Below the pieces are notes generated by a model. The model worked only from the letters and a program-made list of their open reading frames with translations, made no database searches and had not been told where the DNA came from. Below are positions 9,201 through 17,600 of a stretch of DNA of 64,000 nt, one piece after another. The position numbers were made by a program, and so were the translations under genes. Location: IMG/VR virus record IMGVR_UViG_3300041405_000166, positions 1 to 64,000 of that record, one strand, 5' to 3'. The stretch comes from a virus. The stretch's first letter is position 1. Every line of letters begins with the position of its first letter.

Positions 9201-12162
9201 CCACGACATGACCCAGAACGATTACGACTTCATCCTGATCAGCCAGCCGGCGTTCGAGGAGGTCGACGTTTCGCCGGAGCTGAAGAACAACTACCTGGCC
9301 GATGATTTCTGGGTGCAGCGCGGCGACAAACTGGGCAACGCGGGCGACAAGCGCATCAAGAAGGTCCGCGAGGCCTACGAGCAGTCGGTCGCCGGCCGTG
9401 AGTTCCAGGACCGTACCGACGCGATCAGCTTCGAGGACCTGGGCGTCGATATGCTGATCCTCGACGAAGGCCACGCCTACAAGAACCTGTATGCGGCGCG
9501 TAACCGCTTCGGTGAGTCGCCGAAGTTCCTCGGTGGCCAGGGCCAGTCGAACCGCGCGTTCGATATGTCGTTTAAGACGCGCTACATCCGCGACAACAAC
9601 GACGGCAAGAACGTGTTCACCCTGACGGCCACACCGACCAAAAACAGCCCGCTGGAAATCTACAGCATGCTGTCCTACGTCGCGCCGGAAGCCTTCGAAA
9701 AGATCGGCATCCGCAACAGCGAGGACTTCCTCGATCGCTTCTGTGTGTTCACCACGGAAAACATCCTGAGCACCACTGGCGAGATCGAAGAGTCGTTGGT
9801 GACCAGCGGCTTCAAGAACATGGACGAGCTGCGCGAAATCATGCGCCGCTACATCCACCGGACCACTGCCGAGGACGTCGGCCTGGTGTTGCCGTCGCGC
9901 GATGACCGTATGCACACCGTTGACATGGACGAAGATCAGAAGGCCGCCTACGTCGATCTGCGCGCCCTGGCTGAGGAGTCGGCCAAGAAGGATGACGCCA
10001 CCGGCGACGGGCACATCTTCAGCATCATGGATAAGATGTCGAAAGCGTCGATGGACCTTGAGCTGCTGGATCCGGCGAAGTATGCCGGCCATGTCTCGCC
10101 GAAGTACCAGGCCGCGGCCAAGGAAATCACCAACGGCGCGCAGGATGGCGGTCAGGTGGTGTTCTCTGACTTCGTCGCCTCCCACGAGAAAATCGCCGCC
10201 GAGCTGGTCAAGCGTGGCATCCCGCGCAATGAAATCGCGATCATCAATGCCCAGGTGGCCAACAGTTCGCTGAAGCGTCAGCGCATCGCCGACGATTTCA
10301 ACGCCGGGAAAATCAAGGTGGTGATCGGCAACACGGCGACCATGGGCGAAGGTATCAACCTGCAGGTGGGTACGACCGACATTCACCACCTTGACTTGCC
10401 GTGGGAGCCAGCCTCGATCCAGCAACGCAACGGCCGCGGTCTGCGCCAGGGCAACATCAGCGAAGCGGTGCGGATCCATACCTACCTGTCCAAAGGCAGC
10501 TTTGACGGCTACAAATACCAGACCGTGGCCTCGAAGCGCGATTGGCAGGGCGACCTGTGGAATGGCGGCAACACCATCGCCAACCACAACCGTCCGGACA
10601 ACCTGGCGCGTGAGGACATGCTGATCATGTTGGCCGCCGATCCGGACGAAGCCCGCAAGCAGTTTGCCGAGAACAAGTCCGCGGCGCTCGAACGCCAAGG
10701 CAGCGAGAAACGTCGCGAAGTGGCCGTGCAGTTCACTCGCCTGCAAGGGCTCAAGCGCAGCTACTCGAAACTGGCGGGCAAGGGTGGTCGCAGCGCGATC
10801 AAGCTGGCGGCCGAGATCGAGAAGGCTCAGACCAACCTGGCGAGTTCGAAGTGGTTCACCGCCAAGGACCTGCTGACCAGCGACGCGCCTGCAGTGGTGC
10901 ATCCGGATACCGGCGCCGGGATTACCCTGGACACCGTGTTGCACCTCGGGCCGAAGTCCAAGATCAGTGGCGGCGGCGACTGGGTGGTGACTGGGGTCAA
11001 TCCTGAGGACGGCCGTCTGCGTCTGCGTCACTATGCCGGTACCCGCTCGATGGGCGTGGAGCTCGCCGAAGTCGGCAGCGACCTGACCGTCAGCAAGCTG
11101 GACCATTCCGTTGAAGCCACCGAAATGGCGCGTCGTGTTGAAGAGACCGTGACCGCTGGCGACAACGCGATTACCTCCCCGGCGCAGGTTGCGCAACTGC
11201 CGGCCGAGACGGTGAAGAAGCTTTACCCGCAGATCCAGGCGCAGCTGAAGGAAGCGCGCAAGGCTTACAAGATGGATCGCCAGTTTTCTGAAGGGCGCGT
11301 TGGTGTGCTAGGCGCCGATGGCGTGCCGAAGGTGATTGCCTACTTCCACGACAAAGGCGAGGACGATTACCTGCTCGCTACCGATGATCACCGGGCGAAG
11401 GTGCTCGATGCCTACGTCGGCGCCGAGCGAGGGAAAAAGTTTTCGATGGACTGGCAGTCGAACGGGCGCAAGAACAGTTCGGGCGGCACCTACGTGTTTC
11501 GCCAGAAGTACGACGGCGGCTGGGACTGGTACACCAACCCATGGGGCGAGGTCGGCAAGAAGCTGTTCGGCAGTGAGTTCGAGGCTGAGGCCATGCGCCG
11601 TGTCGCGCAGTCGGCGATCACTGACGGGCGCCACGCAAAGACGCTGGCCGAAGCCTACCAGGCGCTGAAACCCCTGGCGCAGGTCGCTGGATACGGAACG
11701 CCGAAGGTGACCATGCCGAAACGTGCCATCGCGACCCTGTACGCCCAAGCGAAGCGCGTCGATCTGCTGGGCCAGGTGAGCAAGTACGCCACCGGCGGTG
11801 ACCAGAAGGCTGACCACCAGATCCTCAATGCGGATCTCCCGCTGATCAGTGCGCTGATCGAACGGGCCAGCGTATCGGGCCATCAGGACCTGGCGGCGGC
11901 GATGGTGCTCGACCATTGGAAGGATCAGCCGAAAAAGGCGCTGGAAATGCTCGCCACCGTATCCGAGCAGCAGCATGACAGCCGCTATTCTGGAACTACC
12001 ACCGTGGTCTCGAAACAAGCCAAGCAGGCGATCCGCGTCCTGGTGGAAAACAATCCAGAGCTGGGTAAACTCAAAATCGACGAGCTCCCTTGGGCACTGA
12101 AGCATATCTATCCGGCACGCGCCGGAACCCTGGGTGAAGCCCTGCAGGAGAACGCAGCATGA
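6214..12162 (+). CDS. Giant DarB-like protein: N6-adenine DNA methyltransferase + SNF2-family helicase
   Basis: MTase: EFYT, VLEPSVATG, GVELD, IGNPPF. SF2 helicase: DVGLGKT, LDEGH, TATP, MGEGINLQ, QRNGRGLRQGN. Same architecture as P1 DarB. Confidence 0.85.
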   Translation: MLLILFKDLLKAQQLGLFASPTLVAPHVRKDGTLVNAHIRVVKKRPTVPLKGRITSAPRPHTPDLFATHDEPVVIGHTRDLFDSAPAPRAAQPDLFAPAVEAPKIKAPEVKTPEPAPTAPDDVKWFGSQEKADAWIGKKKLSDTHEVVAVGRRFEIHPRATVKESSVVAPVVKPQVTTEVSTARQPGINYDGHFSPSSIAPFGVSAGVTKGERIRINNEAHSLINRGGPFSDDERVTLSQYSGNGGVGDSLNEFYTDTRVAAGMWKVLHDLGLPEGAQVLEPSVATGVFMHTAPDGVKVVGVELDGISSRIARALHGADHEVNNSSLERFATQDDRQFDAVIGNPPFGLRGALIKDDKPHLATAEQYFIDTALDKTKAGGVIALILPSGVMDSKTGRAFRQTILTKGEFIGAQRMPNTAFEHAHTGVTTDVLYLRKRPDDVAMALGTLDASQLRELGVLDDEFLAGSYFTGTGAENVLGTMTEGWRAKAGMGNDITVEGSMQGVPEAIAAFKPAPVAVGPSMADVLAVLPEGQARDRALSAAGKKAYAEARVGDTKVVDGVTYVLQGDPPRWNRMDDLMQKPSVADALPLAEDIDRLMNGQAVDRPALEAAVNAYIEAYGIPSKNKDLMMAAGSDKRLYRLVGAIKPDGSLSDVVTGSTRKQEATLDGAAQALAVEHGTFTPAELAARWGKGDAEEALDHLYASKSYALLPDGNWTTTDAYLSGELWPKLDAARAAMLNSELSQIDRAKFEQQAQQLETVIDPASIDDVDIAVNQAWIPLSIISEYFTEKNANGNEWTKKLAPVEVTYADGIYTVSGGNEYGETKLLDTYLNRTGVRKDDKATLEAMNRDFKTWALTSGHRDELEDLYNRKFRGFAERTYSETPFEIPGLNADGLKTYQYAGLRWAMDTGKGIIAADVGLGKTARGLILAKMAKADGKAERPMIVVPKSVLANWYAEAEKWFPGSRVLTIGESYSRDEDGKLIGKQDTVAERKRKYHDMTQNDYDFILISQPAFEEVDVSPELKNNYLADDFWVQRGDKLGNAGDKRIKKVREAYEQSVAGREFQDRTDAISFEDLGVDMLILDEGHAYKNLYAARNRFGESPKFLGGQGQSNRAFDMSFKTRYIRDNNDGKNVFTLTATPTKNSPLEIYSMLSYVAPEAFEKIGIRNSEDFLDRFCVFTTENILSTTGEIEESLVTSGFKNMDELREIMRRYIHRTTAEDVGLVLPSRDDRMHTVDMDEDQKAAYVDLRALAEESAKKDDATGDGHIFSIMDKMSKASMDLELLDPAKYAGHVSPKYQAAAKEITNGAQDGGQVVFSDFVASHEKIAAELVKRGIPRNEIAIINAQVANSSLKRQRIADDFNAGKIKVVIGNTATMGEGINLQVGTTDIHHLDLPWEPASIQQRNGRGLRQGNISEAVRIHTYLSKGSFDGYKYQTVASKRDWQGDLWNGGNTIANHNRPDNLAREDMLIMLAADPDEARKQFAENKSAALERQGSEKRREVAVQFTRLQGLKRSYSKLAGKGGRSAIKLAAEIEKAQTNLASSKWFTAKDLLTSDAPAVVHPDTGAGITLDTVLHLGPKSKISGGGDWVVTGVNPEDGRLRLRHYAGTRSMGVELAEVGSDLTVSKLDHSVEATEMARRVEETVTAGDNAITSPAQVAQLPAETVKKLYPQIQAQLKEARKAYKMDRQFSEGRVGVLGADGVPKVIAYFHDKGEDDYLLATDDHRAKVLDAYVGAERGKKFSMDWQSNGRKNSSGGTYVFRQKYDGGWDWYTNPWGEVGKKLFGSEFEAEAMRRVAQSAITDGRHAKTLAEAYQALKPLAQVAGYGTPKVTMPKRAIATLYAQAKRVDLLGQVSKYATGGDQKADHQILNADLPLISALIERASVSGHQDLAAAMVLDHWKDQPKKALEMLATVSEQQHDSRYSGTTTVVSKQAKQAIRVLVENNPELGKLKIDELPWALKHIYPARAGTLGEALQENAA

Positions 12163-12485
12163 CCGTCTCGGCGCAAGAATACGCCGCCAACGTGCGGAAA
12201 CTGCTGGATGAGGATCCGAAGCGCTACCGGAACTTCGGCGTGTATTGGTTCTTCATCAAGGCGCTGCTGAAGAAGTTCTACGACCGCAACCAGATGCCGA
12301 TTCTGGGCCCTTACGTCGATCCTGAAGTGGTGGCGGCCATGCCGCACTACGACACGCTGGAGGCGGCATTAACAGCCGCGGCTGAGGAATATGGCCGGAA
12401 TGCCGTGTTCAATTTGGGCAGGGCGACGGTTATTGGCGAAAACGGTGAAGAAATAACGATATTTGATAACGATGTGGGGTTGTAA
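12159..12485 (+). CDS. Hypothetical protein coupled to the DarB-like gene
   Basis: 108 aa, ATGA overlap, AGGAG RBS. Confidence 0.75.
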   Translation: MTVSAQEYAANVRKLLDEDPKRYRNFGVYWFFIKALLKKFYDRNQMPILGPYVDPEVVAAMPHYDTLEAALTAAAEEYGRNAVFNLGRATVIGENGEEITIFDNDVGL

Positions 12486-12509
12486 TTCCTGTTGTCGTTG
12501 GTCTATTGT
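12480..12509 (+). promoter_or_regulatory. Putative promoter for the RNA island
   Basis: TTGTAA-18 nt-TATTGT; predicted +1 near 12516, where the first structured module begins. Confidence 0.45.
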
Positions 12510-12515
12510 GCACCC

Positions 12516-13024
12516 AGTGCGTGAGAACGTTGCTGCGGTGAAACCCGGCCAGCCGGGTCCGATGAAGCATGAATGTCCCTCCTTCCAGTCATGCGGATTT
12601 GGAGTGTGCTGGACACCAGGGCGTGGAGAGGGTGGCTGAAAATCCCACGCAGTACGGCACGGGGTCACTTCCATAAAGTGTTCCGCCCTGGGAGCCGTCC
12701 ATGAAAGTCGATAGACCTGTCGCAATGGGGTGACGGGATCGGTGAGTAGAGGTCGCTGACAGTCTGGAAAGACAGACACAACTTTTTATCAGTGTGGTCC
12801 TTGGTCTGGTTGAAGACTCACTCGTCCTGATGCACTCGTCAGGTCAGGGACCACAACTAATACAAAGAATCTCTCCCCGGTAGATGCATTGTGGGGATCC
12901 GTCCCGGAATACCGGATAGGGCGCTGTCATGGGCACGTATCAGCTCCGTTTGCCGTCCTGGCGCGGTAGGCCCCCATGAGGCAAGACGGCAAGAGGACTC
13001 GGAGCCTCATGAAAAATTCCGAGG
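12516..13024 (+). ncRNA. Structured non-coding RNA modules, 5' part of RNA island (family unassigned)
   Basis: No credible CDS. Many helices: cccggc/gccggg, gcatga/tcatgc, ccagggcg/cgccctgg, tgtggtcctt/agggaccaca, ttgccgtc/gacggcaa. Also the GACAGTCTGGAAAGACAGAC hairpin at 12758-12777. Confidence 0.6.
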
Positions 13025-13032
13025 CCTTTAAT

Positions 13033-13109
<77 letters not shown>

Positions 13110-13110
13110 T

Positions 13111-13917
13111 ATTGACGAGAGCGTTTGACGCGCCTCATGAACCGGTGGCCGTGGAATACGGGAACTTCTCAAGCTTGGCGAGTACGCCTCGAACCTTGGG
13201 ATGCGATACGGCAGGAGCATGCGGGTCAATGACAGGAGGGAAAGACCCCGCGAATTCGGCGAAAGCCAAAACGTAAAAGAGAGATGCGACCCTGGAATCT
13301 TTTTCAATAAGTCTGGATCGCGATTTTAACGACGGTATCTAAACACGTCGAGACAGCCGGAGAGACGGACCGATCGACTTCGCCGACCAGAATCAAGACT
13401 CCTTGGCGAGGCTGCATCGGAAGTTCCACGGTAACGCTTCGGCGCTAGCCGGCACTTGGGAGAAAGGGGCCTGGAGGCTTACAGAGCGAAACGCCGCGTG
13501 AGTAAGGCATTGACCCCGGCTATGTGGAACTTCCGATGCAGAAAGCTCGTGACAACTGAAACATGAGATCGCCCCCGCTTCGCACAGTGGGCTTAGGTTC
13601 CGTCCCTTTGGGGTTATCGCGGGCCAAGGGGCGACAGGTAACGAGTAGAGTTTTTTGTATCCCGGCACCTCGCAAGAGGCTGTATCGGAAACATCCCCTC
13701 GTGATAGCAGGCTGGCCAGCAGGCAACCGCACCCGAAAGGGTTGGATAGGACCTCACTGGGGATGTTTACCGATGCAGATGAATGTCCAGGCTGATGGGC
13801 GCCGATCTGGGTTCAATTCCCAGACCTCTGATTATGGGGAATTGCCTGAAGGCGGCGACCTTCCGAAACGCTGGTCGTCTAACAGTTAAAGCCGGAGATC
13901 AGCACCGGCCATCTGCA
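13111..13917 (+). ncRNA. Structured non-coding RNA modules, 3' part of RNA island (family unassigned)
   Basis: Perfect 18-bp stem 13412-13429/13524-13541; related stem 13680-13698/13759-13778; tRNA-like module 13774-13917; two more GACAG..GG(A/G)AGAC hairpins. Confidence 0.6.
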
Positions 13918-13951
13918 CACAATTCAACCCAAAAGCACGGATGAGTACTCG

Positions 13952-14227
13952 ATGAATAAGCAAGAATTGATTGACGCTGTAGCCGAACGCGCCGCCGTCA
14001 GCAAGGGCGTGGCAAAGGATGTTCTTGATTCGATTCTGCATGAAGTGCAGGACGCATTGGCTCACGGCCAGGAAGTCCTGCTGGTAGGCTTCGGCACGTT
14101 CAAAACGACTGCCCGTCCTGCTCGTGTTGGCCGCAATCCTCAGACCGGCGCCCCGTTGCAGATCGTGGCCGCCACCGTTCCAAAGTTCTCGCCTGGCACT
14201 GCGTTCAAGGCTGCTGTGAATCGCTGA
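13952..14227 (+). CDS. hup: HU family DNA-binding protein
   Basis: MNKQELIDAVA...VLLVGFGTF...ARVGRNPQTG...PKFSPG. Confidence 0.95.
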   Translation: MNKQELIDAVAERAAVSKGVAKDVLDSILHEVQDALAHGQEVLLVGFGTFKTTARPARVGRNPQTGAPLQIVAATVPKFSPGTAFKAAVNR

Positions 14228-14305
14228 TTCAACCAACGCCACCGATGCCGATCTGGCCAGCCCGCACATGCGGATAACCCTATCCCCGATTGAGAGGCAA
14301 GGCTA

Positions 14306-14611
14306 ATGCGAATGTTCCGAAGTTTGTCCATTATCTGCGCGATGGCTTTTGCCATGTGCGGTTTCCAGTTCGCCAGTGCCGCTGAAAGCATTGCTTATCA
14401 GATGTGCGCGGTGCCGGAGCTGAGCTATCACGCCAGCGTCGACAAGCTGCACGCCGAGTTGGCGTACAACGCCAGCGCGAAGGCGACGGTGACGTCTACG
14501 GTAAATTACGACCTGGCACGCGACAGTAATGGCTTCCGACAAACCTCTGCGATGGAAACCGGTGAAGGCATCGGCGTCGGTGAAGGCATCGCCAAGCCAA
14601 GTATCAGCTGA
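14306..14611 (+). CDS. Small exported hypothetical protein
   Basis: Signal-peptide-like N-terminus ending ASA; followed by a terminator. Confidence 0.65.
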   Translation: MRMFRSLSIICAMAFAMCGFQFASAAESIAYQMCAVPELSYHASVDKLHAELAYNASAKATVTSTVNYDLARDSNGFRQTSAMETGEGIGVGEGIAKPSIS

Positions 14612-14626
14612 TCGAACGTCGTTGTG

Positions 14627-14653
14627 AAAAACCCGCCAAGTGCGGGTTTTTTT
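14627..14653 (+). terminator. Rho-independent terminator (possibly bidirectional)
   Basis: AAAAACCCGC-caagt-GCGGGTTTTTTT. Confidence 0.85.
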
Positions 14654-14664
14654 ATGCCTGCTCG

Positions 14665-14679
14665 TCGTGACCGCACCAT
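14665..14679 (+). promoter_or_regulatory. Putative late promoter, leaderless
   Basis: TCGTGAC-cg-CACCAT, 5 nt before ATG 14685; no SD. Confidence 0.65.
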
Positions 14680-14684
14680 GCGGC

Positions 14685-17600
14685 ATGACCGAGAATATCA
14701 CGCACCGCCTCATCTTCCTGAAGGCCCTCGCTGAAGGCGAGCGCTGGATTACCGTAAAGGCCCCCGGCGCTGAAAAGGGTTCGCCCGTGCTCGTGCGCGA
14801 GAATCCGGATGGATCTGCATCCGTGATCGGCGGCGCCGGTGGCAAACTCAACCACTTGAAGCTGCGCGGCGTGAAGTCGAAAGAGCAGTACAAGAAGGAA
14901 GCCGGCGACAAGGAGAAATCCAAGCGCGAGGCGAAAAAGCAGGCGGTCACTGAGCAGCGCGCCAAGGACAAAGAGGCCGGGATTACCGGATCGAAAGCCC
15001 GAGTCCGCAAAGAGATCAAGGAACAGACTCACGCCGAAGAGCGCGAATACGTCAAGGCCACGGCCAAGGTCATGGGTTGGGACGAAAAGGATCTTGCGTT
15101 CGACGAAGAGAAACATGCCGACCTGTCTCCAGGGGCGGTGATCAAGCTGGCGCGTGAGCACCATCGCGAGCTGGTGAAGAAGGCCAACGAAGCCTACGAC
15201 CTGAACCGCCAAAGCCTGGCGATGGATTCCGAGGCGCGTCAGCAAGCGAACATCGGCGGCGCCACCTACAAGCCTGAAGACCCTGACAGTATTTCCGTTG
15301 CCGATCTGGACGTGACTGCTGGCCCGCCTACCGGCCTGGGATTCTCGGCCGACTATAAAGGTCGCGCTGAAGAAGCCGGGTTGACCGACGACGAGCTCGA
15401 AAAAGAAGCCGGCCAGGTCCGCGAAAAGAAAATGACGCAGATGTCCGATGGCGAGCGCAAATCTGCGATCAGCCGCGGGCAGTCGGCCAAGCTGGTTAAG
15501 CAGGAACTGCAGGGTGTTCGTGAAGAGGACCCGGGCAAGTCGGAACGACTGAAAGCGCACCTGGTGGAAGCGGACAAAGCGCTCGAGCTGATGAAGGCGA
15601 AAAAGCGTTTGGACCTGGCCCGCAAGAAAGCCTCCGACGCACTGAAGAGCGTGGACAAATCCAACGTCGAGCCGAAAGCGTACGTGATTGAGGTCGACAG
15701 CGCCGACGTGGATAGCGCGGTGGAAAACCAGGTTACCAACGATCTGCGCACCATCCGCACGCGTAATTTCCTGAGCGAAGCCGGGAAGGTCTCTGACAAG
15801 TCGATCGGCTCGCACGTCGCCAGTGGCGCGTTCAACTCGATCAATAGCCTGTCGCTGGCCGCAACGGGTGCCGGCCTGATGGATCGCAGCACCGTCGACG
15901 TACTCGGCGTGGCCGGTGCCGCTTCGGTCCTGGCGCGTCGCCTGCACACCGATCTGACGCCAGAGGAGATGGAGCAAGTCGCCGATGGCATGGAAGACTT
16001 CCACCAGCACCACTATATGGACCTGTCCAAGAAGTCGTTGGACGAAGCCAAGGCGCTGACGGACCAGGTTGAAAGCATGACGCTGCCAACTGCCGACAAT
16101 GGCGGGGACATGGCGGCGCTCCAAGAGATCAATGCTCGGCGCCGGGATGCGCTGAACGAATCGACGCGCATTCTCGGCACGGCCGCGGGCGAGATGGAAG
16201 CCAACGCCGCGCTGGTGCAGGCGCTTCGTGACAAGCCGGCCGATAAGCTGGAAATCCCCATGGGCAAGGCGCAGCCGGAGGCGATCATCCGCCAGGCCCG
16301 TGCGCTGGGCTTACAGCGGGGTGATTACTCGATCGATCCAGTAGGCGGGCAAACCTTCCTGACCATCACCGCCAGCGGCATGGACCGCCTGGCTGAGCCG
16401 GTCGATCGTGAATCGATGCAGCAGATTCGCCGAAACCTCGACATCATCGAAGGCAAGCAGGACGAAGACCAGTGGCTGCCGCAAGGCTTTGCCAATCGCC
16501 CCGACCTGGATCTCAAACCGAAACCCGGCGTCGCGGCCAAACTGGCCATCCCGTTCGAAGTCGGCGCCGATGCCGAACAGTCCCTGGCAGACTACATTGG
16601 TGGTCGGGCCGCTGACGGTGATTCGCCGGCCGATATCGTCGCTGACTTGCAGTCCGAGACCTTCATGCAGAAGGCTGGCGATCGCCGTGACCAATATATG
16701 CAAGCGTTGGACAAGCTGGCCCCGGCGCAAGATGCCGACGGCAAGCAGATCCGCAATGAATCGCTGCAATCGTCGTTCGAGAAAATGGCGGACGAGTTCG
16801 TCGAGAAACGCTACGGCGCCGAACTGACGCCGCTGCACAAGCAACAGTTCGAAATGAACCAGACTTCAGTCGATGCCTTGCACCGCGCACTGGCGGCCGA
16901 GCCTTCCGGGGTGGCGGCGTACAAGCCGATCGGCGAACTGGATCACAAAGACCAGCGCGCGCTGCGGGAGTACTTCGCCCGTGAGGTGGCGCACGAATCG
17001 CCGGAGGCTGGCGAGATCCGCCAGAAGCTGGACACGCTCGTGGCCAATGAGCCTGAGCAGCATGTGACCGATATGTTCGGCGAGCAGGCGAATAACCCTG
17101 AGTGGTTGGCCTGGAAGTCCGAGCGCGACGACCTGTCCGCCCAGCACAACAGCAGCAGTCTGAGCTGGGGAAAATACGTCAAGGCCATGGGCGGCACTGC
17201 CAAGGCTTACGAAGCGGCTCAAGACCTGATCCGCTCCAAGATCGCGAAGGGCTTCCACGAGAATTACAACACGCTGAATCCGAAAGGCGCCTTGAAGCTG
17301 GGCCACACGGTGATCCGCAACAACCTGGATCACCTGGACACGGTCGACCCGAAAGCCCGGGCCGCCAGGGAGGCGAAGGAAACCGCTCTGCGCGATGGTC
17401 TGCGTGAGCGCGTCGGCGGCAAGTACGCCAGTGGCAGCGTGATCGACAAGCTGGATCAGCAGCGTGAGCAACAGGCCGCGTTCGAGCAGTCGCAGCTGGG
17501 CATGTTCTCGTCTGAGGAAATGCCGGCCACCGAACAAGAGAAAGCCTTGGGCGCGGATGAGCGCTATACCTTGGGCCATTCAGCCGAGCAAAAGATCGCG

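Noticed and set aside
13846-13870. Hammerhead ribozyme (CTGAAGG...GAAAC)
   Set aside because: Core deviates from CUGANGA and stem II cannot form in the required register.
13801-13897. FMN riboswitch-like words (GATCTGG..AATTCC, ACAGTTAAAG)
   Set aside because: The conserved 5' half is missing, and the tRNA-like fold explains the region better.
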